From Acetobacteraceae bacterium (GTDB lineage Bacteria; Pseudomonadota; Alphaproteobacteria; Acetobacterales; Acetobacteraceae), in NCBI GenBank assembly GCA_019237355.1, contig JAFAHH010000225.1, positions 1-33,143 on the forward strand: a stretch of DNA of 33,143 nt, in the 5' to 3' direction. Both the position numbers and the translations under genes were made by a program. Numbering within the stretch: the stretch's first letter is position 1; each line of letters opens with the position of its first letter. The notes beneath the pieces were generated by a model, which ran no database searches, was not told where the DNA came from, and saw only the letters and a program-made list of their open reading frames with translations. Shown piece after piece: positions 16,776 to 24,211 of this stretch.

Positions 16776-16865
16776 AGCGAGCTTAAAGCGGCGGCGCTGA
16801 TCCTGCTATTCCGGTTTCTTTTCATTTTATGTGCTGAGGATCGCGGGCTGCTGCCCGTGAATAAT
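16776..16865 (+). pseudogene. Short relic resembling the N-terminal helical motif of Eco57I/MmeI/PglX-type N6-adenine DNA methyltransferases
   Basis: It translates to SELKAAALILLFRFLFILCAEDRGLLPVNN. The pattern (hydrophobic)RxLFxxFAEDRGLLP is, from memory, a conserved motif in type IIG/IIL and BREX methyltransferases. Local AT-rich composition, no plausible start codon, and no continuation of similarity either side. Confidence 0.35.
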
Positions 16866-16984
16866 GTTCATTTTGATCGGGAGGCGAGGTGGTTTGCGCC
16901 GCGACCCGCTCCCCCGTCGCCGCAGGGGCCCCTACCGACTACAGGAACTGACCTGAGCCCCTTCTTCCATCCGCCTAAAGCGAG

Positions 16985-17090
16985 GCTAGAGCATGTTTGT
17001 TTTTAGCAGCAACAAACATGCTCTAGCGAGTCTTGTTCGAGAGCAGGATTCACGCTTTCCGACGTTTCCGCCTCAAGCGATCGTGCTCTA
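16985..17090. repeat. Composite A+B palindromic element (MITE/REPIN-like), copy 2
   Basis: CTAGAGCATGTTTGTTTTTAGCAGCAACAAACATGCTCTAG followed by GAGAGCAGGAT...GCTTTCCGAC...ATCGTGCTCTAG. It is near-identical to 269-373 (2 mismatches). Confidence 0.9.
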
Positions 17091-17189
17091 GGCCCGCGCG
17101 ACGATTCGCGTGCGGGCAAAGCAACGACCAAGGGGCAGCCGCAATGCCGGGCTTGACAACTGCTGGTTGTCTGTGTTCTTTCTTTGTTT

Positions 17190-17840
17190 ATGTCCTTGGC
17201 CGCCTCTCAACCCGCACTAGGCCTGTCCCGCCGCCTAGCCCAGATCATCGAAGGGCTATGCGGGGCGCTCGCCGCGCGCATGGCCAAGGACCGGAATGCG
17301 GCGCCGGTGCTTTTTGTGGTCTGGACCCGGTTACGCCGCCTGACGGCCCGGTTTGAAAAGCTGGTGGCGGACATTCGCGCCGGCCGAGGGCCGGCCGTGC
17401 GGGACCGGCTTGAATCTTTGCCGCAACTGCCCGGCCTGCTGGGCTCGCCTCCGCCGCCGCTGCCGCGCGAATTTGGCTGGCTGCTTCGGGTTGCGCCGGA
17501 GTCGGTGGCCTATGCCGGGCAGGTGGAGTATCTGCTGGCAGATCCGGAGATGAAGGCGCTCCTGGCCGGGTCGCCACAAGCGAGGCGGCTCCTGCGGCCG
17601 CTGTGCCGGATGCTCGGGATCCGGCCTGGGCCGGAACTTGTTGCGGCGCGGCCCGGGCCGCCTGATGCGACCCAATCCGGGGCTGCTACGTCGGGTTCGC
17701 CCCCTGGTTCAGACCAGATCACAGACGCGGAAGCCCGGCCTGCTCCGTCCCGGCGGCTAGGGCTGCCGCTTCCGGCGCCGAACGACGCGGGGGCCGACCC
17801 GCCGGGGGCTGTGCCCTGGCTCCGATTTGCGGCGAACTGA
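17190..17840 (+). CDS. Conserved hypothetical protein with a Pro/Gly-rich C-terminus
   Basis: 216 aa from ATG 17190 (the ORF opens with TTG 17184). Third-position GC is strong. The segments LPREFGWLLRVAPESVAYAGQVEYLLADPEMKALLAGSPQ and RRLLRPLCRMLGI look like a real conserved family, but I cannot name it. Confidence 0.55.
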   Translation: MSLAASQPALGLSRRLAQIIEGLCGALAARMAKDRNAAPVLFVVWTRLRRLTARFEKLVADIRAGRGPAVRDRLESLPQLPGLLGSPPPPLPREFGWLLRVAPESVAYAGQVEYLLADPEMKALLAGSPQARRLLRPLCRMLGIRPGPELVAARPGPPDATQSGAATSGSPPGSDQITDAEARPAPSRRLGLPLPAPNDAGADPPGAVPWLRFAAN

Positions 17841-17894
17841 GCGACTGGCTGAAGCGCGCCCATAATGTTCCTGTTGCGTTACGTTCCTGAGTTT

Positions 17895-17927
17895 TAGAGC
17901 GGTTTCCACTCCGGCGGAACCGCTCTA
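17895..17927. repeat. TAGAGC-terminated hairpin (repeat-family variant; possible terminator)
   Basis: TAGAGCGGTTTCC-actccggc-GGAACCGCTCTA shares the TAGAGC/GCTCTA termini with the A and B modules. It begins 55 nt downstream of the 17840 stop. Confidence 0.6.
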
Positions 17928-18100
17928 GATGTTGTTTACCGAGCAGATTCATGCGCGCCCTCATTGAGGGTCGGGCCGGGGCGTGGGAAGGGGGCGATCC
18001 AGCCGTCGGGTTTGCCTCCGGACGTCCGCTAACTATAAAGCCCCCGCTACGTAACCCGGCCAGGACCGGCTTGGCGGGGAAGTACAGGAGTGATCCCCGG

Positions 18101-18940
18101 ATGCGCACAGGCGAGGTCCGCTATTTGCTGACCGATACGTTCTATCGCATGACCTATACGGCCTGGGGCGATCCGGCTTTTCCCCCGGTGGTCTGCGTGC
18201 ATGGGCTCACCCGTAACGGGCGCGATTTCGATCTGCTGGCGGCAGCGCTAGCAGACCGGTTTTGGGTGGTCTGTCCCGATTTGCCCGGCCGCGGCCAGTC
18301 CGATTGGCTTCCCGAGGCAGCGCTTTATCAGCCGCCGACCTACGTAATCGCACTGGCGCACCTGTTAGCGGCGATTGGCCGGCCGGTCCTGTGGGTCGGC
18401 ACCTCCTTGGGCGGCATATGCGGGATGATGATTGCGGCGGCCACCGGGCATCCGATTACGCGCATGGTTCTGAACGATATCGGGGCCCGAATCGAGCAGG
18501 CGGCGATCGCCCGCATCAGGGAGTATCTGAGTTTGAAGCCCATGCCCGTCTTCCCTGATCTCGTGGCGCTCGAGCGCCATTTACGGAATGTGTATGCACC
18601 GTTCGGGCCGATGACGGATGCCCAATGGACCCATATGGCGGAAACTTCCGCCCGGACCCTGGCGGACGGAAGAGTAACCTTGCATTACGACCCGAAGCTC
18701 GGTGAGCCGATGCGGATGGCCGAGCCGGCGGAAGTCGATCTTTGGCCCGTCTGGAACAGGATCCGCATTCCTGTGCTGGTGATCCGGGGCGAAGCCAGTG
18801 ATCTCCTTTCCGCCGAGACCCAGCGTCAGATGGAGGCGACCGGCGCCCGCGGCATGGTGGTGCCCGGCGTGGGTCACGCTCCGTCGCTTAACGACGAGCC
18901 TACGATTTCGGCGATTCAGACCTTTTTGGAAGGGGATTAG
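18101..18940 (+). CDS. Alpha/beta fold hydrolase
   Basis: ATG 18101 is preceded by AGGAG (18086-18090). VVCVHGLTRNGRDFD, a nucleophile elbow GTSLGG and C-terminal GVGHAPSLNDEP. The upstream ORF extension to 17951 has no support. Confidence 0.8.
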   Translation: MRTGEVRYLLTDTFYRMTYTAWGDPAFPPVVCVHGLTRNGRDFDLLAAALADRFWVVCPDLPGRGQSDWLPEAALYQPPTYVIALAHLLAAIGRPVLWVGTSLGGICGMMIAAATGHPITRMVLNDIGARIEQAAIARIREYLSLKPMPVFPDLVALERHLRNVYAPFGPMTDAQWTHMAETSARTLADGRVTLHYDPKLGEPMRMAEPAEVDLWPVWNRIRIPVLVIRGEASDLLSAETQRQMEATGARGMVVPGVGHAPSLNDEPTISAIQTFLEGD

Positions 18941-19059
18941 AACCTCTTGTAAGGAGCGGCCGGCTGAGCTTGCTTTTATTTTGTTGGCCTGGGATCAGAA
19001 CTTTTGAGACCGCGGAATCTCTGTGTTGACGGGGGCCGCCAAGATCGGGTTGCTACCCA

Positions 19060-20286
19060 TCATTGACGTATCAGAATATAATTCATCGTCACCTCAATTG
19101 TGAGATCCCGATCCACAACACCCGGCGGGAATGGCGGTAAGTGCGCGCTGCGAAACAGCGATTGCAGCGCCATATCCAGCCAAACTGACCCCGAGCGCAG
19201 GATCAGATCGACCGATTTCACCCGCCCATCCGGAGCCACAATGATGCGGACCCCGGAGAGCCCATCCTCGCCCCGCCGGACCGCCTCTTCTGGGTAATAC
19301 TTATGCGCCTCTACCCACGCCGCGAACTCGTTGCGCCAATCCGGGCCAGGATTTTGCCCCTCGAACCTGGCGAGCGGCCGGGCATTGAAGGCACCCGTGG
19401 CCGCCGTCCCTATAGACATGTCGATCCCGCGCGAAAACCGGCTGGCGTGTGGCGCAGATCCGCGGCCGCCGGGTGGGTCGGCAGGCGTGCCAAGCGAGAA
19501 GTTCTGCACCGGCGGGAAGGGTCGCGGCTGGGGCGCGGGCCGGGCCATTGATCTCGGCGGCTGAGGCTCCGGTTGCGGTTCAGGCACCGGAACGGGGGCG
19601 GGAGTGGGCAATGCTTGGCTCGGCGCCTCCTCGGGTGTCTCCAAGCGCACCGCAGGGGCCTCGCTCGGCGGTCCAGCGGGTGTCGGCGTAGGCGGTGCCT
19701 CGGTTGGGCGTGGCGTTTCAGGTGCAGCAGGCGCCTCGACTGCCCGCGGCGCTTCGGGAGCAGGCGGGGAAGGTAGCGGTGCAGGGGGAGAAACCGGTGC
19801 AGGCGCTTGTACCTCTGGCACCGGGACTGGGGGTACAGCCTGAACCGGCGCCTCCGGCGTCCGAGGTACTTCCGGCGTAGCGGGAGCTGGAGCAATCTCG
19901 GGTGCATTCGGTGCCGCCGCGGGCGGTTGCGGCTCCGGCGTCCCGCCCTGGAACTGGATCGCGAATCCTGGGGTTAGCTCCTCCGTCTCTTTCGGCCTGG
20001 GCTTCGGCGCCAAGAGAAAGACCCCTAGCAGAAGCATATGCAGGGCGAGCGACAACAGCAGCACCCAGCCGAGCCGGCTCGGGCGTCGTCCCCGCCACGA
20101 GGGGCGCCAAACCGATTCGGCCGCAAAGCTGGGCGGCGCTGCAGAGATCTGATTCAGGGTATAAGCAGCCTCAAGCTGACCAGAATCGGCTAACGATAGC
20201 AGAAATGTCGCGAAGGCGGGCTCTTCGAACAAGCATGGCCGCTCCGGCTCAGTATCAGCTTGCCCGAGGGGACTCGATAGCAGCAA
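19060..20286 (-). CDS. TonB-family protein (single TM anchor, ~150-aa proline-rich linker, TonB_C domain)
   Basis: The TM helix is LGWVLLLSLALHMLLLGVFLL. A long PxP-rich spacer includes PVPVPEPQPEPQPP. The C-terminus is HKYYPEEAVRRGEDGLSGVRIIVAPDGRVKSVDLILRSGSVWLDMALQSLFRSAHLPPFPPG. ATG 20286 overlaps trpE by 32 nt; TTG 20232 is a non-overlapping alternative start. Confidence 0.75.
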   Translation of the reverse strand: MLLSSPLGQADTEPERPCLFEEPAFATFLLSLADSGQLEAAYTLNQISAAPPSFAAESVWRPSWRGRRPSRLGWVLLLSLALHMLLLGVFLLAPKPRPKETEELTPGFAIQFQGGTPEPQPPAAAPNAPEIAPAPATPEVPRTPEAPVQAVPPVPVPEVQAPAPVSPPAPLPSPPAPEAPRAVEAPAAPETPRPTEAPPTPTPAGPPSEAPAVRLETPEEAPSQALPTPAPVPVPEPQPEPQPPRSMARPAPQPRPFPPVQNFSLGTPADPPGGRGSAPHASRFSRGIDMSIGTAATGAFNARPLARFEGQNPGPDWRNEFAAWVEAHKYYPEEAVRRGEDGLSGVRIIVAPDGRVKSVDLILRSGSVWLDMALQSLFRSAHLPPFPPGVVDRDLTIEVTMNYILIRQ

Positions 20287-21778
20287 AGCGGACCGCTTCC
20301 TCAGCGGCGCGCATCAGGGCGCGGGCCTTCTGCCGCGTCTCCTCGTATTCGAGATCAGGGTCCGAGTCGGCCACGATGCCAGCTCCCGCTTGCACATGCA
20401 TCGTACCCTCTTTCACCAGCGCCGTGCGCAGGCCGATGCAGGTATCCATCGTCCCGTTCGCGGCGAAGTAACCGATGCAGCCGGCATAGATGCCGCGCCG
20501 GTCTGGCTCGAGCTCCTCGATGATCTCCATCGCCCGCACTTTGGGGGCCCCCGAAAGCGTGCCGGCCGGGAAGCCAGCAACAAGCGCATCAAGCGCATCC
20601 AAGCCCGGCCGCAGCTTACCCTGCACATTGCTGCTGATATGCATGACATGGCTGAAGCGCTCGACCACGAAACTTTCGGTTACCTTGACGCTGCCGATTT
20701 CGGCAACCCGGCCCACATCGTTGCGACCGAGATCAAGCAGCATCAAATGCTCGGCCCGCTCTTTCGGATCGGCGAGCAACTCGGCCTCGAGCGCCTGGTC
20801 TTCCTCATAGGTCGTACCACGCCGCCTTGTGCCAGCGAGCGGCCGGATCGTGACGATCCCATCGCGAAGCCGGACCAAAATTTCCGGGCTCGACCCGGCC
20901 AGCGCAAAGTCGCCGAATTCGAAAAAGAACAGAAACGGCGCTGGGTTGATTCGCCGCAGCGCCCGATAGAGCGCGAAGGGCGGAAGGGCGAAGGGAACGG
21001 AGAATCGCTGGCTCAATACGATCTGGAACGCATCCCCCGCGGCGATGTACTCCTTGGCGCCGCTCACTCCGGCAATGAACTCCTCCCGTGTGAAGCTGCT
21101 GGCGGGCGGACCAGGGGGCGGCAAGGCGACCGGCGGCGCCGCTTGGGGTAGCGGGCGGGCGAGCGCCATCTGCGCGCGTGCGAGACGGGCCTGCGCCTCA
21201 TCCCAAGCACCCTCGGCCGAAAGCCCGTGCCGAGGATAGGCGGGCGCTATCAGCGTCAGCTCATCCTTTACGTTGTCGAAGATCGCGAACAGCGTTGGTC
21301 GAAGCAGGATCGCTTCCGGCGCGCCGATCACGTCGTCGTTCTTGTCAGGCAGGCGCTCCATTAGGCGCACCATGTCATACCCAAGATACCCAACCAGGCC
21401 GCCAGACATAGGAGGCAACGAGGCGGGCACATCAAGGCGGGTCTCAGCGATCAGCGCGCGTAGGCTCTCAAGGGCAAGCCGGTCATCCGCCACATAGGCA
21501 TGGGGAGCGGATAGCGCGTGCCGATTGATCTCGGCCCGGCCATGGCGGCATCGCCAGATCAGATCGGGCTCCATCCCAATTACTGAATACCGGCCCCGTG
21601 CAGCCCCGCCTTCGACGCTTTCCAGCAAAAAAGCATTTGGCCGGCCGTGAGCAAGCTTCAGAAATGCGGCGACAGGGGTTTCGAGATCCGCTACGCCGTG
21701 CGTCCAGAGCAACGCGCCGCGCCCCGAATTATAGGCATTCCGGAAAGCGGTGTAGCCGGGCGGGACAGAAACGTTCAT
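20255..21778 (-). CDS. trpE: Anthranilate synthase component I
   Basis: 507 aa. LLESVEGG, the chorismate-binding domain motifs GTLSGAPKVRAMEIIEELE and RGIYAGCIGYF, and GAGIVADSDP. Confidence 0.95.
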   Translation of the reverse strand: MNVSVPPGYTAFRNAYNSGRGALLWTHGVADLETPVAAFLKLAHGRPNAFLLESVEGGAARGRYSVIGMEPDLIWRCRHGRAEINRHALSAPHAYVADDRLALESLRALIAETRLDVPASLPPMSGGLVGYLGYDMVRLMERLPDKNDDVIGAPEAILLRPTLFAIFDNVKDELTLIAPAYPRHGLSAEGAWDEAQARLARAQMALARPLPQAAPPVALPPPGPPASSFTREEFIAGVSGAKEYIAAGDAFQIVLSQRFSVPFALPPFALYRALRRINPAPFLFFFEFGDFALAGSSPEILVRLRDGIVTIRPLAGTRRRGTTYEEDQALEAELLADPKERAEHLMLLDLGRNDVGRVAEIGSVKVTESFVVERFSHVMHISSNVQGKLRPGLDALDALVAGFPAGTLSGAPKVRAMEIIEELEPDRRGIYAGCIGYFAANGTMDTCIGLRTALVKEGTMHVQAGAGIVADSDPDLEYEETRQKARALMRAAEEAVRFAAIESPRAS

Positions 21779-21808
21779 GTGCTTATTCGTGAATCCGTAG
21801 GGTCGCGT

Positions 21809-23716
21809 TCACTGCAGCAGGCCATTCAGCACCTGCTGGTTGAGTCGGGGCCTTGCCCGCTCCCGCAGTACGCTCGCATAGATGAGTTCGACGTCGTTGG
21901 CCAGGGCCCCTGCCATAGCATCGCGCGTCTTGGCATAGTTGGCCGTCGCGGATTTGGGGTCGGGCACCTTCGTTTCGGCCAGCACCGCCACCACGAACCC
22001 ATCTGGCGTCTCCACCATCGTGGGCTCGCCCTTGTTCAACCCGAACAACGGTTGCAGCAATTCCTTGGGGAACCCTTCTGGGGCCTCGGTCCGGCTCGCA
22101 AAGGCTGTGCGGCGAACGGTAAGCCCAGCCACTGTCGCCGCATCTTCGAGCGATTGCCCGCCTTTGACCGCCGCGAGGATTTTGGCTGCTGCTTGTTCCT
22201 GCTCGTGCCGGATAGCATCCCTCTCCCAGTCGGCGCGCACCCGGTCAGCCACTTCATCGAACGGCTTCTCCGCCGGGGGGCTGACCTCTTCCACCGTCAG
22301 CGCATAGTACGCCGAGCCGCCGCTTGAGGGCGCGGGGACTTCGATCAGGTGCGGCGGATCTCCTTTATGGGCCTCGAATGCGGCTTTTATTACGGCTTGC
22401 CGGAGCTCAGCCGGCCCGGGGATGGGCGCAGGCCCGCCTTGCTGGGTATTGCCCTGAGCGTCGAGCGTGCCGGTAACGGCAGCCACGCCCAGATCGTTGG
22501 GCAGCTCATCCAAGCTGGACCCGCCGCCTAGCGCGTTGTCGATCTTATTGGCCCGGTCATAAATCAGGTCGGCCGCCTTTTCGGCCGCCACCCGATCGCG
22601 CAGCGCGTCTCGAACCTGCTCGAAACTCGCGTCCTTGCCGGGTGTGACGCGCGTGACCTTGATTACATGCCATACCGCGCCCGCCGGATCTTTCTCGGGT
22701 TCCATCACTTTGTCGGCCGGGGCATCGAACACCGCCTGGGCGAGTTCGGGTCCTGGGAATTCCTGGCGCGTCGCGTCGGTCAGCTCAACTCCGGAGCCCC
22801 CCGCCTCTGCCGCTGCTTTCTGGATTGCCGCCCAGTCCGCACCACTTCGCCACTGCTGGGCGATAGCTGCGGCACGGGCCTCCTCTGGCACGCTCACGAC
22901 CTGGGCTGAACGCTTCTCCGCCGTGACGAACTCGGATCTGTGCCGTTCATAGGCGGCTTGGAGGTCGGCGTCCGAGACCTGAACTTCTTTTGCCAGGGTT
23001 TGGGGTGAGAGCACGATCAGCTTGATCCGGCGGTATTCTGGAGTGCTGTACAGGTCGGGATGATTGTCGTACCAACGATGTAGGGCGGCCTCTTCCGGGG
23101 TTGGCGGCGCGACTTTGGCGAATGGGAGTTCCACCATATCGGCGGCCCGCTGCTCGAAGGTGAACGCAAACGCCTCACGTGTGAGAATATCCGGCGGCGC
23201 CACCCCGGCCCGCACCGGCTCCAGCAATTGGCGCTGGGAGAGATCCGCGCTCATCATCTGCAGCAGCCGAGCTTCCGTAAGGCCATTGTTGCGCAGAACT
23301 GTCTGAAAAATCTGCGGGTCGAACCGGCCGTTCGCATCCTTAAATTGCGGAACAGCGTAGATGGCCTGCAGTAGCGAATCCCGTGGTACGACAATGCCCA
23401 TCCGGGTTTCCTGCTGGGCGATAGCGAGCTCGGTGATCATCCGGTCCAAGACCTGGGTGAGCACGCTTCGCTTGATCTCGGGCGTCGGGTCGATCTGCTG
23501 GCCCACCATCTGGGTAAGCCGGGCTAGCTCGCGCTGATACCGTTCCTGCAGGGTCGCCGGTTCGATGGTCCGGTCGCCCACTTTGGCGACCCACGTCTCG
23601 TGCCCCATGTTGCGGATCACATCGCCGACCCCCCAAACGATGAAAGCGGCGACCATCAAAAGGAAGAAGGCGCGCACCACCCAAGAATTCAGGTGACTGC
23701 GAAAAGCGGAAATCAT
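21809..23716 (-). CDS. ppiD: Periplasmic chaperone / peptidylprolyl isomerase PpiD-like (SurA N-terminal domain protein)
   Basis: 635 aa. An N-terminal anchor VRAFFLLMVAAFIVWGVGDV is followed by a long SurA_N/rotamase-like periplasmic region. Its position directly upstream of trpE is common in alphaproteobacteria. Confidence 0.8.
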   Translation of the reverse strand: MISAFRSHLNSWVVRAFFLLMVAAFIVWGVGDVIRNMGHETWVAKVGDRTIEPATLQERYQRELARLTQMVGQQIDPTPEIKRSVLTQVLDRMITELAIAQQETRMGIVVPRDSLLQAIYAVPQFKDANGRFDPQIFQTVLRNNGLTEARLLQMMSADLSQRQLLEPVRAGVAPPDILTREAFAFTFEQRAADMVELPFAKVAPPTPEEAALHRWYDNHPDLYSTPEYRRIKLIVLSPQTLAKEVQVSDADLQAAYERHRSEFVTAEKRSAQVVSVPEEARAAAIAQQWRSGADWAAIQKAAAEAGGSGVELTDATRQEFPGPELAQAVFDAPADKVMEPEKDPAGAVWHVIKVTRVTPGKDASFEQVRDALRDRVAAEKAADLIYDRANKIDNALGGGSSLDELPNDLGVAAVTGTLDAQGNTQQGGPAPIPGPAELRQAVIKAAFEAHKGDPPHLIEVPAPSSGGSAYYALTVEEVSPPAEKPFDEVADRVRADWERDAIRHEQEQAAAKILAAVKGGQSLEDAATVAGLTVRRTAFASRTEAPEGFPKELLQPLFGLNKGEPTMVETPDGFVVAVLAETKVPDPKSATANYAKTRDAMAGALANDVELIYASVLRERARPRLNQQVLNGLLQ

Positions 23717-23780
23717 CCAAGCACAGTCCAGGCTGTTTCGGCACGCACCATAGGGGCGCGCCCCAGTGTTTGCTATACCG

Positions 23781-23883
23781 GAGCGCGATGGCTGGAGGCG
23801 GAATCGCCGGAAGCCTGAATCGCGCTCTCAAGAGGAAGCCCGATGGCTGGAGGCGGAATCGCCGGAACCTTGATCGCGCTCTA
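23781..23883. repeat. Two tandem B-type palindromic units (55-nt period)
   Basis: CGATGGCTGGAGGCGGAATCGCCGGAA is identical at 23786-23812 and 23841-23867. Unit 1 has perfect 9-bp termini, GAGCGCGAT (23781-23789) and ATCGCGCTC (23819-23827). Unit 2 has a decayed left arm. Confidence 0.85.
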
Positions 23884-23900
23884 AGAAACACCGCGATGGA

Positions 23901-24155
23901 TCAGCTAACGTCGGGAGCGAGGCCAGGCATGCGGCTGGGGCGTCGGCGCTCAAACAACGGTTCAGCGGAAAGTCCAGCCACCAGTATGCGAACGCCTACG
24001 AGCACACCGGCGTAAGCAGAAATCGCCGCAAGCCAGCCTCCTAATACATAGATTACAAGTGCCAGAAGCGACCCGGCCACGGCGGCAGTCAAGAGCAGCA
24101 AGGCAGTGTGGCCGCGTGTCACCGCAAAATTCCCTAATGCTTCGGTTAGCTCCAA
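23901..24155 (-). CDS. Possible small two-TM membrane protein (weak call)
   Basis: 84-aa ORF starting with TTG, no clear SD. Two hydrophobic helices (ALLLLTAAVAGSLLALVIYVLGG and LAAISAYAGVLVGVRILVAGL). It lies 56 nt downstream of the GT4 gene on the same strand. Confidence 0.3.
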   Translation of the reverse strand: MELTEALGNFAVTRGHTALLLLTAAVAGSLLALVIYVLGGWLAAISAYAGVLVGVRILVAGLSAEPLFERRRPSRMPGLAPDVS

Positions 24156-24211
24156 AACCGGAGCTCTTGGCCGCTAATACTCTGGATTGATGAAACATAG
24201 GTGAATCAAAC

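Noticed and set aside
19303-20110. Multiple alternative-frame ORFs on both strands across the TonB linker
   Set aside because: They are generated by the GC-rich CCN/GCN-repeat DNA that encodes the proline-rich spacer. Only the minus-strand frame connects a TM helix to a TonB_C domain.
21779-21808. trp leader peptide or attenuator upstream of trpE
   Set aside because: Only 30 nt separate the ppiD stop from the trpE start. That leaves no room for a Trp-codon leader ORF or alternative hairpins.
20390-22327. Plus-strand ORFs 20390-21151 (253 aa) and 21647-22327 (226 aa)
   Set aside because: They are antisense to trpE and ppiD, with Arg-rich junk translations.
138-23883. Could the recurring palindromic repeats be a CRISPR array?
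   Set aside because: The copies are separated by whole genes and show no regular repeat-spacer periodicity. The units vary in length (28-126 nt) and are modular, and there are no cas genes. They fit REP/MITE-type elements instead.
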